From a virus, in UHGV virus genome UHGV-0210596: 64,000 bases of DNA; one strand, written 5' to 3'. The notes under the pieces are model-generated. The model worked only from the letters and a program-made list of their open reading frames with translations, was not told the DNA's origin and searched no databases. Positions 36,573 through 46,521 of this stretch are shown piece after piece. Numbering within the stretch: the stretch's first letter is position 1; every line of letters begins with the position of its first letter. The translations under genes and the position numbers were made by a program.

Positions 36573-36932
36573 ATGCCAGAGAGACGAAAGCTGGAATACG
36601 GCGATTTAGTAGAAGTTAAAGACTCCGAATTGTGGATAAACGGATGCAGCCGTCCGCGTGTCCACAAATACGGACGCGGCATAGTGATACGCGGCGAGAG
36701 CGACATATTCGAGGATGTTGTGCTTGTGGCGTTTAGAAGCGGCGTTCTGTGCGACATAATGGATGTTGCAAACCTTAACTATGTCGGACACGTTGACGAT
36801 GTCCGCAGAACAGTTATGGCCGCAATCGAGGATGTGATACGCGGCTACGGCATAAGACACGAAGTTATTAAAAACGTAGGCAACGAACTGACCCTGCGAC
36901 TCGTTTTCCCTAATAAGACGAAAAAGCAATGA
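36573..36932 (+). CDS. Hypothetical protein
   Basis: ORF in operon. Confidence 0.6.
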   Translation: MPERRKLEYGDLVEVKDSELWINGCSRPRVHKYGRGIVIRGESDIFEDVVLVAFRSGVLCDIMDVANLNYVGHVDDVRRTVMAAIEDVIRGYGIRHEVIKNVGNELTLRLVFPNKTKKQ

Positions 36933-37498
36933 CCGAGTTCCTGCCTATCAAGCCCGAGGGCGACGAAAAATGGCGTGATGTGCCGGTGAATGACCGCGAC
37001 TGCATGAACTACTACGTTGCGTTTAACACCACCTGCGAAATTGCCTTTAAGCGCTTCTTTCCGATGTATCTCGGCATAGACGGCAATCTGACCCAAGCAG
37101 GGAAAGAGTCGTGCAAACAATTCTTTGCCTACAAAAAACACAAAGACTACATCGAGGCCTACAAGCGGACACTGACCAAGCTGATAAAGAAAGGGAAAGA
37201 AGTACAAAGCGGCATCGAAGTCAGCGGAACGCGCAAAGAGAGGGTGATGAAGAAATTTGCAAACGACGTTGCCACAAGCGTAGAGACCAATACCAATACA
37301 GATGCCGAGATACTAAAAGACCAAGCCGATTTGCTGAAAAAGGTCGGCTATCTGAAAGAGGACGAAATCAAAATCGAAGCACCGCGCCGATACCTGCCCG
37401 TGCGATGCTCCGAGTGTGCCTACAAGATATTTATAGACGAGCAGGTTAAATTAGGTAATATAAAGAAAGACGATGAAACCGTTAAGGAACAACGATAA
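36929..37498 (+). CDS. Hypothetical protein, possible terminase small subunit
   Basis: 189 aa, helical, C-terminal CxxC; near packaging genes; function speculative. Confidence 0.5.
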   Translation: MTEFLPIKPEGDEKWRDVPVNDRDCMNYYVAFNTTCEIAFKRFFPMYLGIDGNLTQAGKESCKQFFAYKKHKDYIEAYKRTLTKLIKKGKEVQSGIEVSGTRKERVMKKFANDVATSVETNTNTDAEILKDQADLLKKVGYLKEDEIKIEAPRRYLPVRCSECAYKIFIDEQVKLGNIKKDDETVKEQR

Positions 37499-37824
37499 GA
37501 TTGAGTACTACGTCAGATTGCGTGCGCGTTGGCGTGGTATCTTTGTGTGTCGCAGCTATATGTATTGCCACGGGTATATCAAGGCAACCAAGCGCGACAT
37601 CTTCGGGACGTATTATATTGTCAAAAACGCCAAAGATGAACGCGTTGACGTAGTAAGACCGTGTCGAGTGCTCGGCAGAGTTTGACACACAGACAGATAT
37701 GATAAACAGAAAAGCCACCTAACCTCACAGTCGGGTGGCTTCGCCATTTCAAAAGACTTATCCCAAAATGATTTAGAACATAAATCAACAATAATTAAAC
37801 CAAAAGCACAAGAAAAAACATTCG

Positions 37825-39567
37825 TCAGTGTACAGGTTCGCGGTTCACGTTGTTGTCAACGTTGGCCGTGTATGCGTTTTCGTCCGATTGAGACTTCTCC
37901 GATTTCGCTCGTTTATCGTTTGCCGTTTCCGTGTCGGCATCCGAGTTTCCGACGATAATGTCATTAGCGACATCCGCGATTCCGAACTTTCTTTCGGCGT
38001 CATACTTAGCTTTCAGCGGCGTATAAGCCTTTTGGTACAGCTCCCTTTCCGTTTCGCCGTAAACGATATTCAGATCATCCGGATAATTAATATCCAGTTC
38101 GTGTCGGGCGTTTTCGCGCGATAGCACTCCTGCATAGACCAATTTGGTTGCATTCTCCACTGCTTCGCTAACGTTATTCGGCGTCCAAATGTTCATACCC
38201 ACCGATACGCGCAGCGATGCGTATTCGGGGTCTTTCTCCACTTTGGCGACGATAGCTTTCAGAGCGTTAGTAAGTTGTTGCAGCGGCTTATAGAATTGCG
38301 GTTGCATAGCCATGCACCACTTCACCTCGTCATTAAAGCACAGGCGCATAGCGCTTGACGAGTCAGCGCCGCTGCGCAGCACATCAGGGTCGAGAATAAC
38401 CGACATTGACGAATGAAGAATGCTCTCCTTTTTCTCTTTGAGGTCGATAGTAGCCACGTCCGATATGTTGCTTGGGGGTAGGCGTTTAGCGTCAGATGCT
38501 TTAAGCTCCTCCACATTGCCCGTTACGCCGATAACGCCTCCGAAAGAGCCGACTTCGGGGAGATTTTTGATATTGGTAGCCTTGATAAACAGCGTATCGA
38601 AAGCCGCAGCCTTGACGCCCTCGGCCACATAGCTTGCCGAGCGTTCGAGGGCTTCGATGTCCTCCTGCACTATGCCGCTGGGGATGTCGTCAACGCGGAA
38701 ATAGACACAAGCGTTGACGATGCCACCCGTTTGTGTTTTACGTTGGCTTATGCGAGTCCATCCGTCCTCCGATAAAGCGAAATCGTGCGACTTGAACCAT
38801 CCGCGAATTTGTGTAAACCACTTATTGACGGTAGACTTACCCTTATCCGACACATCCGCATTAACCCAAGTTTCGATGTACTCCGCGCCGAAGATGTCCA
38901 CCGCGCGTTGACCTTTGAGCGTGTACAAGCGATAAAGCACCGGGAAATGATTTTCGTCATAATCAGGAAAAAGCACATCCCCCTTGTTGAACGAAAACAC
39001 CTCGTAAGCGATGCTATTTCCGTCCTGATACAGATATATAGCACCATCGCCCGAGGTGAAGCACGACTTTACGACCTCAACAAACGCCATATCAAGGCCT
39101 GCGATGTCTCGCCACGAACACAGCGTGTCATATCGGCTATGCGCCGTTTCCGACTTATCCGTTTGCTCGTTGTAGATGCCCCATCCGTTGCCTGCGAAAT
39201 GCGCCGTTTTGCACATAGCGAAGCGGTATTGCAACCCATATCGGGTAGTTTCGAGGTCGTCATATCCCACGGTTCGCCACTCCTGCACCGGGTTTCCGTC
39301 CTTATCGAGTACGGGGTTCCCATCCGCGTCAAGTTTGGGGAAAGCCTCGCGTATAGGCCGCGCCGACTGATATAGAGAATTGATATTGTGTGCCGACACG
39401 CTGATTTCGTTTGCAAAATCATCCTGAGTAAGGTCTCGGCGATTGATATGCGGCAACCTTTCGGGGATTGCGTAAAACTCAGGATTTGTCGGCGGTGGCG
39501 GTGTTTTGTCACCGACCCAACGTCTATGCCAAAAATCCTTTTTAAGGTGTTCCGATATGTTTATCAT
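37825..39567 (-). CDS. Portal protein (SPP1 gp6-like)
   Basis: TSGDGAIYLY, V.FP.YD, SSSAMRL, P.N..E...L...GVLSRE; follows terminase. Confidence 0.8.
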   Translation of the reverse strand: MINISEHLKKDFWHRRWVGDKTPPPPTNPEFYAIPERLPHINRRDLTQDDFANEISVSAHNINSLYQSARPIREAFPKLDADGNPVLDKDGNPVQEWRTVGYDDLETTRYGLQYRFAMCKTAHFAGNGWGIYNEQTDKSETAHSRYDTLCSWRDIAGLDMAFVEVVKSCFTSGDGAIYLYQDGNSIAYEVFSFNKGDVLFPDYDENHFPVLYRLYTLKGQRAVDIFGAEYIETWVNADVSDKGKSTVNKWFTQIRGWFKSHDFALSEDGWTRISQRKTQTGGIVNACVYFRVDDIPSGIVQEDIEALERSASYVAEGVKAAAFDTLFIKATNIKNLPEVGSFGGVIGVTGNVEELKASDAKRLPPSNISDVATIDLKEKKESILHSSMSVILDPDVLRSGADSSSAMRLCFNDEVKWCMAMQPQFYKPLQQLTNALKAIVAKVEKDPEYASLRVSVGMNIWTPNNVSEAVENATKLVYAGVLSRENARHELDINYPDDLNIVYGETERELYQKAYTPLKAKYDAERKFGIADVANDIIVGNSDADTETANDKRAKSEKSQSDENAYTANVDNNVNREPVH

Positions 39568-39583
39568 TATCAACGTATTAAGG

Positions 39584-42355
39584 TTATCTAAGTAAATTCT
39601 TGTTCCAACGGTTTTTAGCCGCATAAGCAAATGCCGAATACAGATTATTGTATACAAACGGAGACGCTGTCGGCAGCGGTGCCTTCTTCGGTCGAGCGTC
39701 AAGCTCGAAAACCGCACGCAGGCAAATAGCGTCCATTAAGTCCGGTGAATGTCGGAACTTAGCACGATACTCATCCTTAGAGCGGTAGTATATACGTTTG
39801 TTTCGCGTTGTAGTTGCAAACACGTTAATTTCGTCATACAGAATATCGCGGATAGTTCGTGTTGCCCCACCCTTTGCGTAAGGGATACGCAAATCTGGAG
39901 ATAATGAGCAAGCAATATCGCCTCGTTTAATCATCACCTCCGTTCGACCGAGCAATTGCGAGCGGCAATTAAAATAATCATCCCGAGTTACGGCGTTTCC
40001 GAACTCGTCAACCTCCTGTATCGCCCGTTTGTTAGCCGTAACCGCCACGCCGTTAGTCAGCCCCTGCATCCAATATCCGTGTCCCGTAGCGTCATAAGCG
40101 AAGCGTGTAACGTCAACGCCGTAAGCGTTAAGTTTAGTTTTAATCCATCCCGCTATTTCGTTAGGTTCGCCCGAGAACAGCTCGACCCCGACAATTTGCA
40201 GTCCGCGCCATATCACCATAGGCGACTTATCGTTATCCGCCTTACCCGAGGAAATGTCCATGGTAGCGTACATGTTGACGTCATCGCTTACGGGGTTTAG
40301 CCACAGATTGTTAATCATTTCGCGCGACACGTTGATTTCCTCCGTTTCCACTTCGCCGAAATATCCCTCGCCCACAATTTGGCGTTGCTCCGCGCCCGTA
40401 GCGTGTAGATTTGCGACAGATTGTCCACCCGTAGCGTTCACCAATTCGCGGTTAGAAGCGGCAGTACCCGTCAGCACCGTAAACGACTTCACGTAATCCA
40501 AACGCGAGATACCTGCGGCCAAATCGTCGGGTCGGTCGATAAGGCCTGCTGCGTCCGCTACTTCCTCGCGAGAGTCCCCCCAAACGATTTCGGCAGGAGA
40601 TTTACCCTTATTATACCAATATCGGACTTTGCCAATCATATCCTTACGCAGATACCAATCAGCGCCGATGTAGCCTGCATCGCATAGCATTTGAGTAGTC
40701 CAATGGTCGTGAGACGGGTTAAAGGATAATACCATTTGCGGTGTCATTCCCGAGCTGTCGCGGTTACGGCTAAACCAATATGCGAACATCTTAAACTCCT
40801 TCATTTCCGTAGCCTCGTCCACCATTATCAGAGACGCCTGCACTTTCTTAGCGTAATCTTGGAACTGTTCCCATTCCGCGGGGTTGTTTACATTAAAATT
40901 AGAGTGAATAAGTTGCAGCGAGCTATTCCATTGCGGCCACGAGAAAGTCGGGTAATCCGCCGAATTATACTCGCAGTTAGCGAAATTGCCGCATACCGTA
41001 ACACCGTCACGGAACATCGAGCCGCCCTTTTTGCTATCCTGCAAGCGGACGGAAATCAGTTTAGCCGCAAAGCCATAGTGCGTAACTCCCTGTAAAGCAT
41101 TGAGATACATTGCGAAAGTGTTGTGCGTAACGATAAAGTCGTCAGTCACATACAGATGCTCGGCGCCCGAAACCATAATGCAGCGGCATTGTTTTTTGCC
41201 GACATACTCACATTCTTTGAGCGTATGCCGCAATGTCCCCTTTCCGCGCCTAAACCCATCAAAAGTGCGAGACCGTTTAGAAGTCAGTCGGCACAAGTCG
41301 GTATTATGTTCCGTGTTGATACTTAAAACATAACACAGTTGACCCTCCTTCCTTTCGCCATTGTAAACATAGTGGGGGCGTTTAAGGGTAATATGACATC
41401 TGCCGCCGAGAGACCTCACAATCCATTGAACATCAGTGGCTAATTGATGACTGACCGTGTAGTAAAATATGTGTCCGTTCTTATCAACCGTACCGTCAGT
41501 GTCAATCAAACCCTGTAATAAAGCACGCCGAGATACTATATCTGAATACTTATAAATTTCGGGAATAAACTTTTCGTTAGAAAGTTTATGAGCCAATCCT
41601 AATTCACGAATATGCCTCACCAGCCCTTGTCCGCTGACCCGATAATCGCAATTATCGCCACTTAACTTGGCCGCTTTGTAGCCTGCGGCACGTACTGCGG
41701 CGATGATTTCATCTTCGGGGTTTGATAAAAAGGTTTGATATTTGCGGAAATGTCCGTCACCGAGCAATATGCCCAGTATATATGGGTCTATTGGCAGCGC
41801 CTTTGCGGCGAAATCAATTTCAGAGCAAAACGGAATGGCAACCTTACGACCTGCCTTAAACTTCGCCAATACATCTTCGAGTCGTTCCACTTTCCAGTCG
41901 CTATAATTGTTGTGGGCGGACTTGTATTGCACTTTCCAAAGATGGTTTTTGCAGCATTCCGTTTGTGCGCCGTCATCGAAAGTCAAGCGCCAAACGTCTA
42001 TTTCGCCTTGTTCGAAGATGTTTAGCACCCTTTGTGTTGAATTATCGGGGGCAAGGATTGCATCTCCGATGTTAAGCGACCCCATTTCGACAAATCCGTT
42101 AGGGGTTAAGACCTTGCTTGTATATGGTTGCGCCTTTCCTGACGTTGCTTGACCGCAGATAAAAACGAGGTTAGCTTCGCTTTGGCAGAGTTGTTCTTGC
42201 AGTCCCGGTTGTGGGATGAGGTCAATTTGGTTAGGTCGCAACTCGTATCCGTCCACCAGCGTTCGGCTTTTGCTTTTGGAGGTCGCAAGGATGCGTTCCG
42301 CTTCGGGATAAAGCGGCGGAAAGACCAATCCTTTTTTTGCGAGTGTGAATTTCAT
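39584..42355 (-). CDS. terL: Terminase large subunit with intein
   Basis: PQPGLQ, Walker A GQATSGK/T, Walker B IMVDEA, SFNP, nuclease MD.S...D and SPDLMDA. Confidence 0.9.
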   Translation of the reverse strand: MKFTLAKKGLVFPPLYPEAERILATSKSKSRTLVDGYELRPNQIDLIPQPGLQEQLCQSEANLVFICGQATSGKAQPYTSKVLTPNGFVEMGSLNIGDAILAPDNSTQRVLNIFEQGEIDVWRLTFDDGAQTECCKNHLWKVQYKSAHNNYSDWKVERLEDVLAKFKAGRKVAIPFCSEIDFAAKALPIDPYILGILLGDGHFRKYQTFLSNPEDEIIAAVRAAGYKAAKLSGDNCDYRVSGQGLVRHIRELGLAHKLSNEKFIPEIYKYSDIVSRRALLQGLIDTDGTVDKNGHIFYYTVSHQLATDVQWIVRSLGGRCHITLKRPHYVYNGERKEGQLCYVLSINTEHNTDLCRLTSKRSRTFDGFRRGKGTLRHTLKECEYVGKKQCRCIMVSGAEHLYVTDDFIVTHNTFAMYLNALQGVTHYGFAAKLISVRLQDSKKGGSMFRDGVTVCGNFANCEYNSADYPTFSWPQWNSSLQLIHSNFNVNNPAEWEQFQDYAKKVQASLIMVDEATEMKEFKMFAYWFSRNRDSSGMTPQMVLSFNPSHDHWTTQMLCDAGYIGADWYLRKDMIGKVRYWYNKGKSPAEIVWGDSREEVADAAGLIDRPDDLAAGISRLDYVKSFTVLTGTAASNRELVNATGGQSVANLHATGAEQRQIVGEGYFGEVETEEINVSREMINNLWLNPVSDDVNMYATMDISSGKADNDKSPMVIWRGLQIVGVELFSGEPNEIAGWIKTKLNAYGVDVTRFAYDATGHGYWMQGLTNGVAVTANKRAIQEVDEFGNAVTRDDYFNCRSQLLGRTEVMIKRGDIACSLSPDLRIPYAKGGATRTIRDILYDEINVFATTTRNKRIYYRSKDEYRAKFRHSPDLMDAICLRAVFELDARPKKAPLPTASPFVYNNLYSAFAYAAKNRWNKNLLR
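41120..42133 (-). mobile_element. 338-aa class 3-type intein with LAGLIDADG homing endonuclease
   Basis: Begins AQPY, ends VTHN/T; HLW, CRCI, LGILLGDG and LQGLIDTDG motifs. Confidence 0.9.
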
Positions 42356-42372
42356 ACAACCGTGGTTTTGTG

Positions 42373-42442
42373 CAAAGGTACGAATTTTTATTAAAGTTTT
42401 ACTCAAAATATTTGTTGTAATCAATTAGGTGTATTATATTTG
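42373..42442. promoter_or_regulatory. Divergent promoters for packaging and head-tail operons
   Basis: Minus TACCTTTG 42373-80; plus TTTG 42411-14, N20, TATATTTG 42435-42. Confidence 0.7.
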
Positions 42443-42452
42443 CGGCGTGAAA

Positions 42453-42635
42453 ATGAATGTATTGAGATGCCCCTTGTGCGAGGAACGCGGACGAAAAGGC
42501 GCTATACTCGCGAAACTGGCGGTAGATAACGGCCAAATAGAGTTGTGGTGCAGAAAATGCCGCAAGCCGATAGAGGTTGTCGTCAGTGAGGGGCGAATAA
42601 GATTTAAGGACGTTCAGAGGAAGTCCGATTATTAG
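42453..42635 (+). CDS. Com-like zinc-ribbon regulator
   Basis: LRCPLC...LAK...IELWCRKC. Confidence 0.7.
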   Translation: MNVLRCPLCEERGRKGAILAKLAVDNGQIELWCRKCRKPIEVVVSEGRIRFKDVQRKSDY

Positions 42636-42706
42636 TTGGTGAATAAATAAGAGCCATAGAGCCGTTAGCGTAAAATGCTTTCGGCTCTATGTTTTTTAGG
42701 ATAATA

Positions 42707-42779
42707 TGCGGTGTGGAGCAGTTGGTAGCTCGGCGGGTTCATTCCCCGCAGGTCGCAGGTTCGAGTCCTGCCGCCGCCA
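42707..42779 (+). tRNA. tRNA-Met(CAT), initiator-like
   Basis: Full cloverleaf, CAT anticodon, GGG/CCC anticodon stem, unpaired 1:72, TTCGAGT T loop. Confidence 0.9.
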
Positions 42780-42798
42780 CAGGTTTTAATAACTCCAA

Positions 42799-43536
42799 AT
42801 GAAAGAAATGAAAGATAAGATTAAGGCTTCGCTGCAACAAGGGTACAAGAACTTGGGGCTAAGCGATGAGGTGTTTGAACGGGTCGCCCAAGCCGCGCAA
42901 ACGTTCATTACGGAAGAAGCACAGATTGAGCCGTTTGTAAGCGGAGCGAAGTCCATGCTTCAACTGTATCAGAGTGAGGCAGATAAAGTTCGGACAGCGT
43001 TAAGCGACAAGATTAAGAGCTTAGAGGCTGACAAATCCGAATTAGAAGCCAAGCTCAAAGAGAGCAGTGCAGAACCTGCCGACGAGCAGAGCGGCAACGA
43101 AGGAGCATCGTCAGACAATGCCGCAGTATTAGCCGAATTAGTAGCCAATGCGGTAGCCAAGGCCGTAGAGCCGTTACAGACCAAGCTCAGTGCCTTTGAG
43201 AGTGCCGAGGCGCAGAAAGGGGCGGTAGCGACCGCCGTAGCCAATATAGACGCATGGGATTACGCCAAGGCCTATCCCAAAGAGCGCCAACGCGCCCAAA
43301 AGACGGCTATGGAGCTATACGAAGCCTACGGCAAGAAATGGACGGCAGCCGAGTTAGAAGCCAAAATCCGCGAGAAATTCACGGACGAAGTTTCCGACCG
43401 CGGCATAGACGTTACCAAGCCCATTAAAGGCGATGGCGCGGGCGAAACGGCCAAGATAGACTTCTCCGACCAAATCGCGATGCTCGAAAAACAGGGAGTT
43501 GTTCTGCACGACCAAGAGAGCGGAAAACAAAACTAA
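42799..43536 (+). CDS. Capsid scaffold protein
   Basis: Acidic coiled-coil protein upstream of capsid genes. Confidence 0.7.
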   Translation: MKEMKDKIKASLQQGYKNLGLSDEVFERVAQAAQTFITEEAQIEPFVSGAKSMLQLYQSEADKVRTALSDKIKSLEADKSELEAKLKESSAEPADEQSGNEGASSDNAAVLAELVANAVAKAVEPLQTKLSAFESAEAQKGAVATAVANIDAWDYAKAYPKERQRAQKTAMELYEAYGKKWTAAELEAKIREKFTDEVSDRGIDVTKPIKGDGAGETAKIDFSDQIAMLEKQGVVLHDQESGKQN

Positions 43537-43554
43537 CCTTAAATCCGGGAAAAG

Positions 43555-43926
43555 ATGAAAACCCATTACGGAAATTCTTTTAATCACGGCAGTGAGGATT
43601 ATAGCGTAGGCTCGGTATCCCTATGGGCGCGAGTAGACGAGATAATGCCCTGCGGTGCGTTTGTTCCTGTGGACACGACCAACACCGTAGGCAAGCTGAT
43701 ACCTGCCGGGACAGCCGTATCTATCGACAAGATAGGCGGCACTACCACATTGGGCGGCGAAGCGCCGCAAGGATTGACACTCGAAGATGCCTATGTAGGC
43801 GCTGACGGGTGTTCGCTTACAGTAGTAACCCGTGGCCAAATCAACGAAAGTCTTTCGACGCTTACGTATACCGCTAAGCAGAAAGCTGCGCTGCAAGGCC
43901 GCATATTGTTTGTAAAGGAGGGCTAA
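43555..43926 (+). CDS. Head decoration-like protein
   Basis: IPAGT.V, GL..ED, VV..G.I; position before capsid. Confidence 0.65.
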   Translation: MKTHYGNSFNHGSEDYSVGSVSLWARVDEIMPCGAFVPVDTTNTVGKLIPAGTAVSIDKIGGTTTLGGEAPQGLTLEDAYVGADGCSLTVVTRGQINESLSTLTYTAKQKAALQGRILFVKEG

Positions 43927-43929
43927 GCG

Positions 43930-45168
43930 ATGAAAAGATTTAGCGGACTTGACACCCTTATGGCGTCCAACTCAATCACGAGCAACACCAGCTTTGAGGC
44001 TTACTACAAGCAGGTGCTAAGCGCGATTGAGAGCCAAGGCGAGAACTTCGAAGGCTTTGAATGGGCGCCGCAGCAGATTGATTTCACCTATGAGATGCTT
44101 GAAGCCGAGGCACAGATAGAAGTTATGGCCAGCTATGTTGACCTTAACTCCCCTGCGCTTCCTGCCGGAAATTCCACCAAGTTGACCAAACTTACGGGCA
44201 GCATACCGCGTCATAAATACACCGTAGTACGTGGTGAGAACGACTATCGCAAGCAATTGATACTGTTGAACGAGATACGTTCCGTAGCCAACTTCAACAA
44301 CACCAACGAAAGTGTAGCCGTAAGCGAGTATTTAGCCAAGGCGTTATTTGATGTTACGAGCGCCATTCCTGCCGCCCACAAGAACACCCTGAACTATCAA
44401 ATCGGGCAGATGAAATCTTTGGGCAAGCTGACCCTTACCGACAACAACAACCCTCGCGGCTCGTTGCGTACCACCTTTACAGCCCAAGTTCCGACCGGCA
44501 ACTACATGGACAAGAAATGGTGGGAAAGCGACACCACCGCCGGGACAGTTACGGCGGTAGGCGACCCCATCGGCGACCTGCGCGACTTTATTCGCGAGCT
44601 GCGGATGAAAGCCAACGGTTATCAGAATGTATGTGTCGAGATGAACGAAAAGACGTTCTACAAGCTCACCAAGCACGATGCCGTACTGACCGCTATCGGT
44701 TACGCGTTGACGGGTATCGGTTTGCGTTACACCAAAGCCAATGACGACAATGCCAAAGCCGTAGCCAAAGGCTCGACCCTTGAAGCCCAGAAAGAAGCCT
44801 TCAAGCGCCTTATCGAGGCAGACGAAGTAATCTACAACAAGACCGTTTGCGGTGTTGAGAAAATCAATACCACCAACCATAACTTCGACCGTACCCTTGT
44901 AGACGCCTTTGAGCAAGACGTGATACTCATTCGTCCGACAGGTCTTATCGGTGTGATTAAGAACGTAGTTCCGATGCGCCCCGACAGCAGCGCCATTTCC
45001 GCCTTTATGTACGGCGGTCGCGGCTTGATAGAATACCTCTACAACGCCGACACCCGCACACAAGAATGGCGAAGCGAGCTTACGGCACTTGCCGTACCGA
45101 CCCGTCCTCGCGACCTGTATTACTTCAAGAACTTGACGCAGGAGAAAGCCGCCTCCGTTGGCGGTTGA
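43930..45168 (+). CDS. Major capsid protein
   Basis: 412 aa; MASYVD..S, G.IPR, DPIGDL, E..ALAVP; position. Confidence 0.8.
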   Translation: MKRFSGLDTLMASNSITSNTSFEAYYKQVLSAIESQGENFEGFEWAPQQIDFTYEMLEAEAQIEVMASYVDLNSPALPAGNSTKLTKLTGSIPRHKYTVVRGENDYRKQLILLNEIRSVANFNNTNESVAVSEYLAKALFDVTSAIPAAHKNTLNYQIGQMKSLGKLTLTDNNNPRGSLRTTFTAQVPTGNYMDKKWWESDTTAGTVTAVGDPIGDLRDFIRELRMKANGYQNVCVEMNEKTFYKLTKHDAVLTAIGYALTGIGLRYTKANDDNAKAVAKGSTLEAQKEAFKRLIEADEVIYNKTVCGVEKINTTNHNFDRTLVDAFEQDVILIRPTGLIGVIKNVVPMRPDSSAISAFMYGGRGLIEYLYNADTRTQEWRSELTALAVPTRPRDLYYFKNLTQEKAASVGG

Positions 45169-45221
45169 TAGCGTAGCAGCCACGACCTTAATACTTATTA
45201 GCACATAGCCATAATACAGCA

Positions 45222-45659
45222 ATGACGGTAGAAGCATATTTGAGGGCGCAAGTACCCGGTTATCCCTTCGAAGCGGCAGTGATAGAGCATGCGGCGGTCT
45301 CGCCGTTGTTTGCCCGTCCCGAAGCGCTATGTCCGTTGAACACAAACGAAGTAGTAGAGGACAATGCCGATGACGGAGGATGGGTCAAGAGCCTCAAATA
45401 TGCTACGTCAACGCTGTTTTACAGTGCGGCGGGGGTTTTCAGCGGCGGTAGTCGCAGCGAGCAAGTGGGGGATGTACACGCGAGTCAAAGCGGATTTACC
45501 ATAACCCAGAGCGATCGCGAATACTATCGCAAAGTAGCGGACAAATTGCGCGGCGAGATAGGTGCTGAAATCGAAGAAAACGTAAACGAAAGTGCGGGAG
45601 CTTTTGATGCCACCGGCAAGCGCAACAGGACGAGCAAAAGCGGTTGTAAATGGAACTGA
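45222..45659 (+). CDS. Head-tail adaptor
   Basis: Size and position after capsid; MTVE.YL. Confidence 0.6.
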   Translation: MTVEAYLRAQVPGYPFEAAVIEHAAVSPLFARPEALCPLNTNEVVEDNADDGGWVKSLKYATSTLFYSAAGVFSGGSRSEQVGDVHASQSGFTITQSDREYYRKVADKLRGEIGAEIEENVNESAGAFDATGKRNRTSKSGCKWN

Positions 45660-46000
45660 TACACTTTGATGACCATTGCGAGATAATCCGCAATATCACA
45701 GACGACGGCGGGAGCATCGATTTAGACTCTTACGATGAGCCTGTTGAAATCGAGACGATATACAGCGGCAAATGCTGTTATCAGTCGGGCGGGCAGACCT
45801 ATCAGAGCGTCAGTGTACGCAATGATGCGGTTTACTTGCCGGGCAGTGCCGTAATGGTGATGGAGGGCGACACGGTGAAAATACGCGCCAAGAGCGGGCG
45901 TTTACGCACCGGCATAGTCAAGACCGTCAGGGACATAGAGATGCCGTTGACCCATGCCTTATACACGAAAATCGAGTTAAAGCAAAGTATCGGAGAATAA
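45650..46000 (+). CDS. Head closure protein
   Basis: D.C.I.R...IY.GKC; position. Confidence 0.6.
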   Translation: MELIHFDDHCEIIRNITDDGGSIDLDSYDEPVEIETIYSGKCCYQSGGQTYQSVSVRNDAVYLPGSAVMVMEGDTVKIRAKSGRLRTGIVKTVRDIEMPLTHALYTKIELKQSIGE

Positions 46001-46521
46001 TGGCGGTATCATATGCACATAACAACGAGATGGTTATCCGCGTGGGGATAGAAGAATTTCTTCGCAGGGTTGTTCGTCCGCGAATTATTGCGATGTGCAA
46101 CGCCGTTGCGCAGCGCATGGTGCAGTATATCGACAACGGCTTTGTGATGCCCGACGGCACTACCCAATTTCCCGTAGACACCGCCAACTTGCACGATGCC
46201 ACGGGAGTCGGGGTATTTGAGGACGGCGTAATGAAGACCTACATTCCGACCAAGCGAGCCACCAAGAAGGCACGCACCGGTTTAGGTTCGCCCAAGACCG
46301 GCATAGACGGTACAACGCTTTTGCAGACCGCATTGAGTGATGCCGCAGGCATATACTCTCGCGGCATATGGATAGTATTATTCAGCACCGTACCCTACGC
46401 CTATTACATCGAGACCATGGGGTCGAAGATAGGGCGCGGTGCGGGATATTTCCGCAATTTGGAGAATGTGCTGTTTAACGAAGTGATGACAGGTTTAGCC
46501 CCGATAGCTCCGATAGTATGA
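46000..46521 (+). CDS. Neck / tail completion protein (HK97 gp10-like)
   Basis: PVDT.NL, PYA.Y.E. Confidence 0.7.
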   Translation: MAVSYAHNNEMVIRVGIEEFLRRVVRPRIIAMCNAVAQRMVQYIDNGFVMPDGTTQFPVDTANLHDATGVGVFEDGVMKTYIPTKRATKKARTGLGSPKTGIDGTTLLQTALSDAAGIYSRGIWIVLFSTVPYAYYIETMGSKIGRGAGYFRNLENVLFNEVMTGLAPIAPIV

